64,000 bases of DNA from an uncultured delta proteobacterium. Lineage in GTDB: Bacteria; Desulfobacterota; Syntrophia; Syntrophales; UBA2185. Both the position numbers and the translations under genes were made by a program. The notes under the pieces are model-generated. The model was not told where the DNA came from. It saw only the letters and a list, made by a program, of their open reading frames with translations, and made no database searches. This document shows, piece after piece, positions 1-10,259 of this stretch. The stretch's first letter is position 1, and each line of letters starts with the position of its first letter. The stretch is taken from positions 608,001 to 672,000 of the forward strand of contig CAVSPA010000005.1 in NCBI GenBank assembly GCA_963729715.1. Reading direction: 5' to 3'.

Positions 1-470
1 AGCATTTGAGAAGCGCAGGCAGGACAAAGGCTATGCGTAATTGCCGGTGCGCCGCATTCCGTGAGGTACTGCTCAATCGGATGCCACGCGCCATCCACAT
101 TACGATAGCACTTGCACTTGGAGCATAACGGCAACAGAGACTCCAAGTCATGGATAATCTTCTCCTTTGCACGATGAGATCTAATTGTCTGAATAAATCC
201 CATAATTAGGAAAAGAACCGCCAAGACATCGGCAAAGTTCCCCGTGATGCTCATTACCAAGTCAAAGGATTGCCTGTTCAAGTTTATGTAATTAGAGATA
301 TGAAAAGTGGGGTGCTCAGTTAACACTTCACTTATACGCGCCACAAATAAAAAAGTGATGCCCCAGATGATCGGGCGGAGAGACAGGATTCTTCTTTCCT
401 TCCACAATAAATAAAACGACCACGCTAAGGGGACAAGAACCAGCACATCGAGAAAGAATACTATATTCAT
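1..470 (-). CDS. Membrane protein (about 3 TM segments) with C-terminal Cys/His zinc-binding-type domain; 3' end runs off the window
   Basis: Not in the ORF track. Manual translation from ATG at 470 is open to the window edge: MNIVFFLDVLVLVPLAWSFYLLWK...LESLLPLCSKCKCYRNVDGAWHPIEQYLTECGAPAITHSLCPAC. Confidence 0.8.
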   Translation of the reverse strand, partial: MNIVFFLDVLVLVPLAWSFYLLWKERRILSLRPIIWGITFLFVARISEVLTEHPTFHISNYINLNRQSFDLVMSITGNFADVLAVLFLIMGFIQTIRSHRAKEKIIHDLESLLPLCSKCKCYRNVDGAWHPIEQYLTECGAPAITHSLCPACASQM

Positions 471-853
471 CTTTAGCCTCTACTTATTTTTTGTTGGGGT
501 TTAGCCTTAGCTCCGGAATCATAATTTATTTCCGGACAATCGCGGTCATTAAAGGGATAAAACTTTCTGCTATCCCGGATAATCCCGCTGTCGGCCTGAA
601 GTAATAAAGTGCAGAAAGCGTACCAGAAATGGGGAAAAATATAATCGTTTGATATGACGGAATATTTAATGATTGATATGGTAATGGAGCAAATTCGTTC
701 TTATAAAAATGGATAATATATATCCAATCTGAGGTATCCAGTTGTATAAAAAGTATCCAAGCAGATGAGTTTACGAAAACAGCGGCGATTACCATGATAT
801 TGACATGGAAAGTTCTGATGGGTTTCAGGGAAGAGAGGTGCTCCAGACTCTTT

Positions 854-2320
854 TCAATGTATGGCGCCGGTTTCTTTATTGAAATTAGATGTGTCTTTCT
901 TGTCTTGGTCCGAGGCAATTCTCTTGTCCGCCTCTATGACCCAGCCGCCGCCTACCGCCTTGTAAAGGTTCACGAGGGCTTGGAAGAGAACTCCTGCTGT
1001 CCGCGCCCGGGCAAGTTCTGCGTCGAAAAGGCTGCGCTCCGCATCGAGCACCTCGATATAGCTCGTGTAGCCGTTTTCAAATCTCAGACGTGCGAAGCGA
1101 GAATAGGTACGTAGAGATTCTACCTGCCGCGTCTGGATATCAAGTTCTTCCCGTGATCTCCTCTGATCAATAAGGGCGTCTTCGACTTCGCGAAAGGCCG
1201 TCTGGATGGATTGCTGATACTGAATGAGGGCCTGCCGCTGTATCGCCTCGGCTGCTTCGACCTGTCCGGCAATGGCGCCTGCTGTGAAGATCGGTATATT
1301 CAGGGGAACGTTCCAGCTCCAGGCTCTCGATGGACCCTGGAAGAGTGTTGAGAGGTCATTGCTCGCGAATCCATACGTGCCGGTGAGAGAGATCGTAGGA
1401 AAGTAGAGTGCCCGCGCCACACCGATTCTCGCATTGGCCGCAATCAGGGTCTGTTCCGCCTGACGTATGTCCGGCCGTTTGGCGAGGAGCTCTGAAGGCA
1501 GGCCCGCCGGTACGGCGGGAAGGACAAGGTCATCGATCTTTCTTCCACGGGGAATAGGACCCGGATTTCGTCCGAGAAGCACGGAGAGGGCATTTTCTTG
1601 CTGGGCAATGGCCTTTTCGAGAAACGGGATTATCGCTAGGGCCTGTTCATAATTTGATTTAACCTGACTCAGTTCGAGTTCGGAGATGACGCCGCCCCGG
1701 AAGCGCAACTGGAAAAGGTCATAAGTTTCCTTACGGCTCTGTACGGTGCGTTTGGCAATCTCAAGCTGTTTGTCAAGGTCGCTGAGGTTTACATAGGAGC
1801 TTGCCACAGAGGTTATAAGAATCAAGATAACGCCCCTTCGCCCCTCTTCCTGACTCAGGATATCGGCACGGGACGCCTCTTTTGCCCTCCTCAGCTTTCC
1901 CCACAGGTCAATCTCCCAGGTCGCATACAAGGTGGCGGAATAGTTGTCCGCAGGGTTTATAGTGGCTTCTGTGAGGGGAGTTTGGCTGTTATCCGTGGCC
2001 CTGCTTCTGCCCACAGCTGCTCCTGCACCCGCCTGGGGGAAGAGAGAGGCGCGGGTTATGCCGTACCGACCGGCAAACTCTTCAATACGCGCCGTGGCAA
2101 TCATGAGATCCTTATTCTCTTTCAATGCCGTTTGAATCAGTGTGTTCAGGACGGGATCGTTGAATTGCTCCCACCATGCGGCATTGCCGATCTCTCTTGC
2201 CTCTTTTTCTTCAAAGCGCCAGGATGCGGGTGTCTCCACAGCGGGCCTCCGGTAGTCCGGGCCCACCATGCAGCCGGCAAGGATGAGCGCCAGCAAAAAG
2301 GATAAAAGCATCTTACGCAT
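854..2320 (-). CDS. RND efflux outer membrane lipoprotein (NodT/OprM family)
   Basis: Lipobox LAGC followed by MVGPDY; WEIDLWG and [11 protein letters not shown] motifs; [10 protein letters not shown]-terminus. Confidence 0.95.
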   Translation of the reverse strand: MRKMLLSFLLALILAGCMVGPDYRRPAVETPASWRFEEKEAREIGNAAWWEQFNDPVLNTLIQTALKENKDLMIATARIEEFAGRYGITRASLFPQAGAGAAVGRSRATDNSQTPLTEATINPADNYSATLYATWEIDLWGKLRRAKEASRADILSQEEGRRGVILILITSVASSYVNLSDLDKQLEIAKRTVQSRKETYDLFQLRFRGGVISELELSQVKSNYEQALAIIPFLEKAIAQQENALSVLLGRNPGPIPRGRKIDDLVLPAVPAGLPSELLAKRPDIRQAEQTLIAANARIGVARALYFPTISLTGTYGFASNDLSTLFQGPSRAWSWNVPLNIPIFTAGAIAGQVEAAEAIQRQALIQYQQSIQTAFREVEDALIDQRRSREELDIQTRQVESLRTYSRFARLRFENGYTSYIEVLDAERSLFDAELARARTAGVLFQALVNLYKAVGGGWVIEADKRIASDQDKKDTSNFNKETGAIH

Positions 2321-5300
2321 GATCTCCTCCCTCGCTCTCCGGCTTCTCGTTATTCCTGCGTCTTTCCGTCATTTTGGCAACGACATAGAACGTCACCGGA
2401 ATCAGGAAGATAGCAATCAACGATGCGGCTGCAGTGCCGCCCATAACTGTGGTCCCCATGATTTGTCTTGCCACGGCCCCTGATCCTGTAGAGATGGCAA
2501 GGGGAAGCGTGCCGAAGAGAAATGCAAACGACGTCATGAGAATTGGCCGGAGCCTCAATCGGGATCCTTCGAGGGCGGCGTCCTCGAGAGATCTTCCCTG
2601 TTCATGACTGTTTTTTGCAAACTCGACAATCAGAATTGCGTTTTTCGCGGCCAGACCGATCAGCACGATCAGGCCGATCTGTGCATAGACGTTATTCACC
2701 TGGCCGCGGAGCCAGATTGCCGTGAAGGCGCCAAAAACAGCCACTGGCGTGCCGAGAACAACACTGACGGGTAGTGACCAGCTTTCGTACTGGGCCGCAA
2801 GAATGAGAAAAACGCAAAGCAGCGAGAACCCAAAGATGACCGTTGCCGGTATACCCTCTTGTGCTTTCTTCTCCTGGAAACTCATGCCTAGATAATCAAA
2901 ACCCATCTCCCGTGGCATGCTCTGGGCAAAGGCCTCTTGAAGTGCCTTCATGGCCTGGGCCGAACTGTAGCCGGGGTTGGCCATAGCGTTGATCTGTGCC
3001 GAACGGTACATATTGTACCGCATCGTAAATTCGGGTCCCATTCGTGATTCGATCGTCGTGACCGCCGAGAGAGGAACCGGGTCCCCCCGGTCGTTCCGCA
3101 CATAAAACTGTCCGACATCCTCCGCTTTGGTGCGGTAGGCGCCCTCCGCCTGAACGTAGACCTGCCATTGCCTTCCGAATCGGTTGAAGTAATTGATGAA
3201 ATAACCACCCATAAAAGCCTGGAGCGTTTGATACACCTCTTCGACGTCGATACCTTGCTTGAGCACCTTGTCCCGATCGACATTGATGAAAACCTGGGGC
3301 ACCGTCGGGAGGAAGGTCGTTCTCACTGAGGCAAGCTCCGGCCTCTTCTGTGCTACATCGAGGAACTTCTTGACATTCTCCGAGAGAAAATCGATGTCCT
3401 TGCCGGCACGGTCCTCAAGGATCATCGTTACACCACCGGCCGTCCCAATGCCTGGAATTGCGGGTGGAGAAAAGGCGAAGGCGGTGCATTGCGGAAGTTT
3501 GACCAACTCTCTGTTAAGCTGGGTCATAATCGCGTCATATTGCTGTTCCGGTGTTTTCCGATCCTTCCACGGCTTGAGGTTCACAAAGAAAAAAGCGCTG
3601 TAGGTGTTCTGCACAAGGCTGAGCAAGCTGATGCCGACGATAGTTTGATAATACTGAACACCGGGCGTCTTCGCGATGATTTTTTCTATCTCTTTGCAGG
3701 CCTCATCGGTGCGTTGCATTGAGGAGGCATTAGGCAACGATACATTGACAAACATGTACCCTTGATCCTCTTCCGGCAGAAATCCCGTGGGGATGCCTTT
3801 TCCGATCCCGGCGCAAAGAACCGTGATCCCTGCAAGGAATAGAAGACTGAGGGCACTCTTACGGATCAGGAGTCTGCAAAATCCCACATATCCTGTTGTG
3901 GCACGTCCGAACCAGTGGTTGAATAACCCGAAGAAGGAACCCAAGGGGCCCCGTGCCTCTTTCCGGGGCTTGAGGAGAAGAGCGGCAAGGGCGGGACTGA
4001 GACTCAAGGCGTTGAAGGCCGATATGAGGACTGAAATGGCAATGGTTGCCGCAAATTGCTGGTAAAGCCTGCCCGTAATTCCCGGGATGAACACCGTGGG
4101 GATAAAGACCGCCGAGAGCACCAAGGCAATAGCCATGACTGGGCCGGAAACCTCCTGCATGGCCTTGAATGCGGCATCTTTGGGGGGCATACCCTCCTCA
4201 ATATGACGTTCAACGCACTCCACAACGACAATGGCATCGTCAACGACCAGGCCGATGGCGAGCACCAGGCCGAAGAGAGACAGGGTGTTAATTGAGAAGC
4301 CGAGAAGAGGAAAGAAGGCAAAGGTGCCGACGAGGGAAACCGGAACGGCGATGGTCGGAATAAGGGTCGGCCTCCAGCCTTGAAGGAAGATGAAGACGAC
4401 GACAATGACCAGCACCAATGCGATCAAAAGCGTCTTGACAATTTCATGGATACCTTCGGTAATAGCCCGCGTCGTATCAAGACCGACTACATAATCGAGA
4501 CCAGCCGGGAATTGCATCTTAGCCTGTTCCATAACTCTCCTGACACCGTTGGCTGTTTCGATGGCATTCGTACCGGGCAACTGATAGATACCGAGATTGG
4601 CGGCAGGTTTTCCGTTCAGACGCCCCCTGAACGTATAAACCTGCGAGCCCATTTCAATGCGGGCCACATCATTTAGGCGAACAATAGATCCATCGGAATT
4701 GGCCCGCAGAACGATCTGGCCGAATTCTTCCGGCGTGATCAGACGGCCTTGGGCTCTGACGGAATAGGTGAACTCCTGGCCCGGAGGCGCGGGTTCAGAA
4801 CCGATCTGCCCTGCCGGATTAACTGCATTCTGCTTCTGGACGGCATCGATGACCTGGGGAACAGTTATTGCGAGCTTCGCCAGCACATCGGGTTTGACCC
4901 AGATACGGATCGCATACATGCCGGAACCCCAGACTGTGGCCATGCCGACGCCTGGCACGCGCAGCAGTTGATCGACTAGGTTGATGTAGGCATAGTTCGC
5001 CAGAAATTTGGCGTCAAGGGACTCGTTGGGTGAATACACGGAAAGGATCATCAGAGGGGCGGACCGGGCCTTCTGGACCGTGACGCCATAATTACGCACG
5101 TCCTGGGGAAGCTGAGGCTGAGAAAGATTCTGCCGGATCTGGGTGAGCACCAGGTCCGTATTTGGACTGGTCGCAACATCGAAGCTGGTCGTCAGGCGCA
5201 TGGTACCATTATTGGCATTGAGGGAGTACATGTAATTCATGTTATCCACGCCGCTCAGCTGCTGCTCGATGGGGGTCGCCACGGACTGTTCGACAGTCTG

Positions 5301-5462
5301 GGCATCCGCACCTGTATACGTCGTATAGATCTGAATTTCAGGAGGCACGATCTCCGGGAACTGGGCAATGGGCAGACCTACCAGCGCCACTATGCCCACG
5401 ATGATGAACATAATGGAAATTACCATGGCAACAATAGGACGATTGATGAAGAACTTAGACAT
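2313..5462 (-). CDS. RND multidrug efflux permease (HAE1, AcrB family)
   Basis: 1049 aa; MSKFFINRP start; [31 protein letters not shown]. Confidence 0.97.
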   Translation of the reverse strand: MSKFFINRPIVAMVISIMFIIVGIVALVGLPIAQFPEIVPPEIQIYTTYTGADAQTVEQSVATPIEQQLSGVDNMNYMYSLNANNGTMRLTTSFDVATSPNTDLVLTQIRQNLSQPQLPQDVRNYGVTVQKARSAPLMILSVYSPNESLDAKFLANYAYINLVDQLLRVPGVGMATVWGSGMYAIRIWVKPDVLAKLAITVPQVIDAVQKQNAVNPAGQIGSEPAPPGQEFTYSVRAQGRLITPEEFGQIVLRANSDGSIVRLNDVARIEMGSQVYTFRGRLNGKPAANLGIYQLPGTNAIETANGVRRVMEQAKMQFPAGLDYVVGLDTTRAITEGIHEIVKTLLIALVLVIVVVFIFLQGWRPTLIPTIAVPVSLVGTFAFFPLLGFSINTLSLFGLVLAIGLVVDDAIVVVECVERHIEEGMPPKDAAFKAMQEVSGPVMAIALVLSAVFIPTVFIPGITGRLYQQFAATIAISVLISAFNALSLSPALAALLLKPRKEARGPLGSFFGLFNHWFGRATTGYVGFCRLLIRKSALSLLFLAGITVLCAGIGKGIPTGFLPEEDQGYMFVNVSLPNASSMQRTDEACKEIEKIIAKTPGVQYYQTIVGISLLSLVQNTYSAFFFVNLKPWKDRKTPEQQYDAIMTQLNRELVKLPQCTAFAFSPPAIPGIGTAGGVTMILEDRAGKDIDFLSENVKKFLDVAQKRPELASVRTTFLPTVPQVFINVDRDKVLKQGIDVEEVYQTLQAFMGGYFINYFNRFGRQWQVYVQAEGAYRTKAEDVGQFYVRNDRGDPVPLSAVTTIESRMGPEFTMRYNMYRSAQINAMANPGYSSAQAMKALQEAFAQSMPREMGFDYLGMSFQEKKAQEGIPATVIFGFSLLCVFLILAAQYESWSLPVSVVLGTPVAVFGAFTAIWLRGQVNNVYAQIGLIVLIGLAAKNAILIVEFAKNSHEQGRSLEDAALEGSRLRLRPILMTSFAFLFGTLPLAISTGSGAVARQIMGTTVMGGTAAASLIAIFLIPVTFYVVAKMTERRRNNEKPESEGGDHA

Positions 5463-5468
5463 AACGGC

Positions 5469-6677
5469 CTACTTTTGCGCCGGCCCGGATTGCACCGATT
5501 TCTGTTGTTCGGCGCTCGAGGCGTTGCCATTGGCGGATGGTACGTAAGGCTGCGGATTGACGATCATGTCCTGCTTTACCTTCTGGAACCCTTCCACGAC
5601 CACTTTATCTCCCTGCTTAAGCCCCTCGTCAATCACCCAGAGGCTGTCGATTCGTTCAGCAGGTTTTACCGATCTTATATCGATTTTATTACCGGGGCCT
5701 ACAACGGCCACCTGATAGCCACCCTGAAGTTCTGTCACTGCTCGCTGGGGTATCAGCAATGCGTTTTCCTTAATTTTACTTCTGGCACGGACCCTGGCAA
5801 ATTGTCCAGGTCGAATAACATTTCCGGGATTGTTGAAAAAGGCCGCGAGCTTTATAGTGCCTGTCTTCACATCCACCTGACGGTCAGCAAGGGCAAAGTA
5901 TCCTTTATATGGATGGACGAGGCCTGACGATAGAATCAATTCCAGGGGCATGTTCTTGAAACTGGGCCCGCCGTTTCCGACAATCTTGAGGTACTCCTGT
6001 TCACCGACGGATACATAGACCTTAATAGGATCAAGGGTTGATACCGTCGTAAGTTCCTCGATCAATCCGGGACCGACGAGATTCCCGATCTGGGTCTTGG
6101 CAATGCCGGCGATGCCATCAACGGGAGAGGTAATCTTCGTAAAGCCGACGTCCAGCGTTGTTTTTTCAACAACTGCTTGTGCCGAAATCACGGCCGCATG
6201 CGCTCCCTGTTCACTGCCCACAGCGTCGTCCAGGTCTTTTTTACTGATGGCATTCTGTTCTGCCAAGGGTGCGATCCTGGCAAGATTCGCCTTGGCAGTT
6301 ACCCAGCGTGCCTGCTGTTCCTCCAGTTGCCCCTTCGCCTGATCCAAGGCGGCCTGGAATGGACGCGGATCAATCTCAAAGAGTATCTGTCCCTTCCTGA
6401 CAAAATCGCCTTCACGGTAATGCTGCTTGATCAAATAGCCCTGTACCTGGGCCCGAATTGTGGCATTGACCTTACCATCCGTTATGCCGATCCATTCTGT
6501 ATATGCGGGGACGTTCTGCCGACCAACCTGTGCTACTTGCACCATGGGCGGAGAGGAATCCCTCTCCTTTTCTCCTTTACCGCAACCAACCATGAGGAAA
6601 AAGACCAGACTCATGGCAGCGATGGAAACCGATACGGCCAGTCGTAGAAATATCACACCGTTGTCCTTTCTTGTCAT
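5469..6677 (-). CDS. RND efflux periplasmic adaptor (MFP)
   Basis: IRAQVQGYL, LFEIDPRPF, TKITSPVDG, PGQFARV motifs; operon position. Confidence 0.95.
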   Translation of the reverse strand: MTRKDNGVIFLRLAVSVSIAAMSLVFFLMVGCGKGEKERDSSPPMVQVAQVGRQNVPAYTEWIGITDGKVNATIRAQVQGYLIKQHYREGDFVRKGQILFEIDPRPFQAALDQAKGQLEEQQARWVTAKANLARIAPLAEQNAISKKDLDDAVGSEQGAHAAVISAQAVVEKTTLDVGFTKITSPVDGIAGIAKTQIGNLVGPGLIEELTTVSTLDPIKVYVSVGEQEYLKIVGNGGPSFKNMPLELILSSGLVHPYKGYFALADRQVDVKTGTIKLAAFFNNPGNVIRPGQFARVRARSKIKENALLIPQRAVTELQGGYQVAVVGPGNKIDIRSVKPAERIDSLWVIDEGLKQGDKVVVEGFQKVKQDMIVNPQPYVPSANGNASSAEQQKSVQSGPAQK

Positions 6678-6823
6678 AGAAATACCCCTTTGCTCTTGCC
6701 TCAGTGTCGCGGAGAACAGATGAATACATGATCTCCAGCATCAAACCATCTGCGGATTTGTATGGATCAACGACTCCCCCGAGAGATTTCCTTCCGGAAT
6801 AGTCAAGGAAAGACGCCAATCGT

Positions 6824-7447
6824 TCATTCCGTCAACTCCAGTCCCACCCCTTTGAGAAAGATGTCCGAGACAAAGCCCACCTTACCACTCAAAGGTGCAT
6901 CCTGATTTGTAAGCATCCAGTAATAAAAGAATGACCGGATGATGCCCAAGAGTGTATAAGCCATCATGCGCGAATCCCCGGCCTTCAACGTTCTTGTCTC
7001 CATCCCGAAGCGCATGATGCTTTCCACAAAAGAGACGTGGTTAAAATAGTCCGCTATAAGTTTGTCCCTCAAAATTGTCCCCTTATCCGAGAGTGTCAAA
7101 CCTTCTCCGCGTATAAGAAGGTCGCAGAAAGCGACATTGTTTTCTACGAAATGAAAATGTGATCCCACCAGCTTCTCGATCTTACCCGTCAGTTCTTCTT
7201 CCACGTTTACGGCGTCTCTGATTTCGGAATACATCCTATCAATCTTCTCGCTCACCATGACATTGTACAGGCTTTCCTTGCCCTCAAAGAACTGATACAG
7301 AGTGCCCGTGGCAAAGCCTGATGCGCTGGCAATCTCTGCCATAGTCGTATTATGGAACCCTTTTGCAGCAAATATCTTTTCTGCCTGACTGAGAATCTCC
7401 GTCCTCCGGAGTTGAAATTCCATCTCTTTTCTTTTTGATTTTTCCAT
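6824..7447 (-). CDS. TetR/AcrR family transcriptional regulator
   Basis: N-terminal HTH FAAKGFHNTTMAEIA...GTLYQFFEGKESL; heads the efflux operon; ATG at 7447 preferred over TTG at 7465. Confidence 0.93.
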   Translation of the reverse strand: MEKSKRKEMEFQLRRTEILSQAEKIFAAKGFHNTTMAEIASASGFATGTLYQFFEGKESLYNVMVSEKIDRMYSEIRDAVNVEEELTGKIEKLVGSHFHFVENNVAFCDLLIRGEGLTLSDKGTILRDKLIADYFNHVSFVESIMRFGMETRTLKAGDSRMMAYTLLGIIRSFFYYWMLTNQDAPLSGKVGFVSDIFLKGVGLELTE

Positions 7448-7802
7448 AACAGAACTTTTATTCAAATATTATAATATGCGTTCAAATAGTGAATTGGCGT
7501 TCAGTAATTATATAATTTGTATTATTTGTCAAGAAAAAAGCCTATATCTGTTGAGATTGTAATTTGAAGCCACCATGCCGATCAGTCGGCAAAAAAAGAA
7601 TGAAAATTATGGTTGAATCCTGCAGTGGGTACTGATGTCAGATTTTGTAATTACGGCAGTCAATGATTGACCGATTTTGAGAATTATGAAAGATTGCAAA
7701 CGGTAAAGCTCCCGCTGGGAAGCTAAGCTGTAAAAGGAGAAGACAAACTTCAACCTGTCGTATCGGCGGAAACATATCTACCCGACCCAGAATAAAAAAG
7801 CT

Positions 7803-8666
7803 ATGAGCGCTCAAGCACTGTTCTTAGTCATATCCGCTGCATTGTTGCATGCTGTATGGAATCTCATCTTTAAAAAAACGAACGGCAGACTTCCTTTTGT
7901 TTGGTTGGTTTCTTTAGCTTCCGCAGTCATCTATCTTCCGTTTGTCATTTGGCAACTTGTACAAAGTCAAGCACCGTTGACAGGCGTCACGTATGGCCTC
8001 GCATTGGCAAGCGCCGTACTCCATTTGTTATATTTTATAGTCCTGCAAGTCGGTTACAGAAAAGCGGACATTTCCGTTATATATCCGATGGCACGGGGAA
8101 CCGGCCCATTGCTTTCCGCAATGGGCGCCGTGTTATTTTTTGGAGAAAGACCGGGATGGATGGCTATTTCCGGCATGGTATTGATCGTGACCGGTGTTTT
8201 TATAATGACCGGACTGAGATTGAGCTTATCCGCTGATGAAAGATTGAAAACCGGGACCATTTACGGGACTGTCACAGGTTTGTTTATTGCCGCGTACACG
8301 TTATGGGATAAAACAGCCGTAACGGACTATAACGTTTCCGCATTGATTCTCACTTTTGCATCAATGCTGTTGCCGTTGTTGGTGTTGCTTCCCAAGGCAG
8401 TAAAAGAAACCCAGGAAATACGGCATGAGATACGACAACACTGGAAACATATTGTAGCCATAGCAGTGCTTGCGCCGCTTTCCTTTATTCTCGTCCTGAT
8501 GGCGCTAAAAACATCTCCCGTAAGCTATGTGGCGCCGGCACGCGAACTTAGTATTGTCTTTGGCGTATTTTTCGGAACCGGTCTTTTGAAAGAAGCAGAT
8601 GCAAAAAGGAGAATCATTGCCGCAATCATAATGCTGATCGGCATATCATTCTTAGCGATCGGATGA
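7803..8666 (+). CDS. EamA/DMT family transporter
   Basis: About 10 hydrophobic segments; SAALLHAVWN, YPMARGTGP and YVAPARELSI motifs. Confidence 0.9.
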   Translation: MSAQALFLVISAALLHAVWNLIFKKTNGRLPFVWLVSLASAVIYLPFVIWQLVQSQAPLTGVTYGLALASAVLHLLYFIVLQVGYRKADISVIYPMARGTGPLLSAMGAVLFFGERPGWMAISGMVLIVTGVFIMTGLRLSLSADERLKTGTIYGTVTGLFIAAYTLWDKTAVTDYNVSALILTFASMLLPLLVLLPKAVKETQEIRHEIRQHWKHIVAIAVLAPLSFILVLMALKTSPVSYVAPARELSIVFGVFFGTGLLKEADAKRRIIAAIIMLIGISFLAIG

Positions 8667-8816
8667 GCAGCGGAAGCGGAGTTCTTGTTTACTCCTTACT
8701 GCAATGTCATGTTTTCATTTCGGCCGCTCCCTACGGTTTATCTGAAGCCTTTGTTACGCATACTCTCCATCAGTAATTATCGACACCGCACACCAAATTG
8801 TGCGGCCATTATTACA

Positions 8817-8845
8817 TTGACACACAAGACCGCTTATCCTATATT
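8817..8845 (+). promoter_or_regulatory. Sigma70-type promoter for the YkgJ/QxK-repeat unit
   Basis: TTGACA (8817-8822), 17 nt spacer, TATATT (8840-8845). Confidence 0.6.
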
Positions 8846-8880
8846 TTCTCCACATAAAAAGAAGTTCTTATCAAGAGACT

Positions 8881-9651
8881 ATGAGCTTACCGCTGCGCAG
8901 AACAGGACTGAACAGAGAGACGCCTTTTTTCTTCTCATGCTCTCAGTGTCTTCGTTGCTGCCACCACAAGAAAATCCAGGTCAACCCCTACGAAATCGCG
9001 CGCCTTGCTGCGAACCGGCGCCTGTCCACTGCCGAATTCATCGAACGCTACACACACGAAAGCGGAACCATTCTGAATTGGGAAGAAGACGGCGCCTGCG
9101 TCTTCCTCGATTCCCAGGGTTGCGGGGTCCATCCTGACCGTCCTCTTGTCTGTCGTCTTTACCCTCTCGGCCGCCATGTCCTTCCCTCGGGAGAGGAGAG
9201 TTTCTCCGAGATCGAGCCGAATGAGGACTGCAAGGGCGTCTATGGCGATGACGGCATGATCACGGCGTATCTCGACTCGCAGGGCGCCCGCCCTTTCATG
9301 GAAGCCGCCGACAGGTATCTCGATCTCTTCTGGAGGCTTTGCCTGATACTGGAAGAAGAGGCGGCTGAGCCCGAGAAACAAAGCGCCATCATGAGCGTGT
9401 TTAAGAAGTTTGCCGGCGGTGAACGCAACGGTGACATCGGGTTTGCCGATGTGGATGCCATAGTAGCCGCCTTCTGCGAAAAACTATGTATATCGGTACC
9501 GGAGAGTACTGACGACAAAATGTCGATCCACATACAGGCTGTTGAAGCCTGGGCAAATAACTCAGGGAGGAGACAAAAACATGAAGCAAAAAAAAAGAAA
9601 CGAACCGCCACAAAAGGATCCGGGAAAAAGCCCCTTAAGGCAAGCCATTAG
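8881..9651 (+). CDS. YkgJ/UPF0153 (FliB-related) CxxCxxCC cysteine-cluster protein
   Basis: FSCSQCLRCC...CVFLDSQGCGVHPDRPLVCRLYP motif set; 3' end overlaps the next gene by 71 nt. Confidence 0.88.
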   Translation: MSLPLRRTGLNRETPFFFSCSQCLRCCHHKKIQVNPYEIARLAANRRLSTAEFIERYTHESGTILNWEEDGACVFLDSQGCGVHPDRPLVCRLYPLGRHVLPSGEESFSEIEPNEDCKGVYGDDGMITAYLDSQGARPFMEAADRYLDLFWRLCLILEEEAAEPEKQSAIMSVFKKFAGGERNGDIGFADVDAIVAAFCEKLCISVPESTDDKMSIHIQAVEAWANNSGRRQKHEAKKKKRTATKGSGKKPLKASH

Positions 9652-10162
9652 TGTCGCCACCGTTGTTGCCTCACTTGGAGCTTCCCTCGGCGTCAGCGTT
9701 ACTGACTTGATTGCCGCAGACCAGAAGGGCCCCATTCGCAATGAAGCGGTACAGCATAAAGATGCGGCGTCATGGGATTGGGGAAATATAAACGCAAACC
9801 AGTGGAAGCTCTCCGACCAGATCAAAACGCTCGAGGCATCTCAGTTCAAATTTTGGAACCAGGTCAAAGGGGAGTCACGGCAGGGAAAGATCAACATAAG
9901 GCAGTACAAGGAACTACAGGCAAACGAATACAAACTTGCAGACCAGATCAAGGATTTGCGGGCAAGCGATTACAATCTGTCGAACCAGTTTAAGTTCTGG
10001 CGGTCGAACATGCATAAGGGTGATCAGGCAGACCAGCTCAAAATCGACGGCCTCGAATCAAACGAACTGAAGATCGCAAACCAGCTCAAGATCCTGGAAG
10101 CCAACCAGCTCAAGATCTCAGAGCAGATGAAGATACTTCAGTCGAATCAGGATAAGCGCTGA
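9581..10162 (+). CDS. Exported QxK-repeat protein (193 aa), function unknown
   Basis: GGAGG RBS at 9566-9570, ATG at 9581; basic N-terminus plus hydrophobic AISVATVVASLGASLGVSV segment; about 18 [S/A][N/D]QxK units. Confidence 0.8.
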   Translation: MKQKKRNEPPQKDPGKSPLRQAISVATVVASLGASLGVSVTDLIAADQKGPIRNEAVQHKDAASWDWGNINANQWKLSDQIKTLEASQFKFWNQVKGESRQGKINIRQYKELQANEYKLADQIKDLRASDYNLSNQFKFWRSNMHKGDQADQLKIDGLESNELKIANQLKILEANQLKISEQMKILQSNQDKR

Positions 10163-10194
10163 GTATAGATGAGGATACGTATCGGTAAGAAACA

Positions 10195-10225
10195 AAACCC
10201 CGCCCATCAAAAGTGGGCGGGGTTT
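10195..10225. terminator. Likely bidirectional intrinsic terminator
   Basis: AAACCCCGCCCA-7 nt-TGGGCGGGGTTT between convergent genes. Confidence 0.85.
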
Positions 10226-10259
10226 CTAAAATTAATTTCTGTTGCGGCGTAAGGACCCA

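Noticed and set aside
526..918. 130-aa minus-strand ORF
   Set aside because: Overlaps the efflux gene end, has no recognisable motif and lies in AT-rich sequence; a shorter membrane peptide cannot be excluded but is unsupported.
7560..7800. Possible riboswitch upstream of the EamA gene
   Set aside because: Short hairpins are present, but I could not match a known aptamer consensus; needs an Rfam/Infernal scan.
9581..9651. Lys-rich C-terminal tail of the YkgJ protein as a functional nucleic-acid-binding segment
   Set aside because: Explained by overlap with the A-rich start of the downstream gene in another frame.
9750..10160. CRISPR or DNA tandem-repeat interpretation of the repeats
   Set aside because: The repeats are conserved at protein level with variable codons and in-frame spacers, and there are no cas genes.
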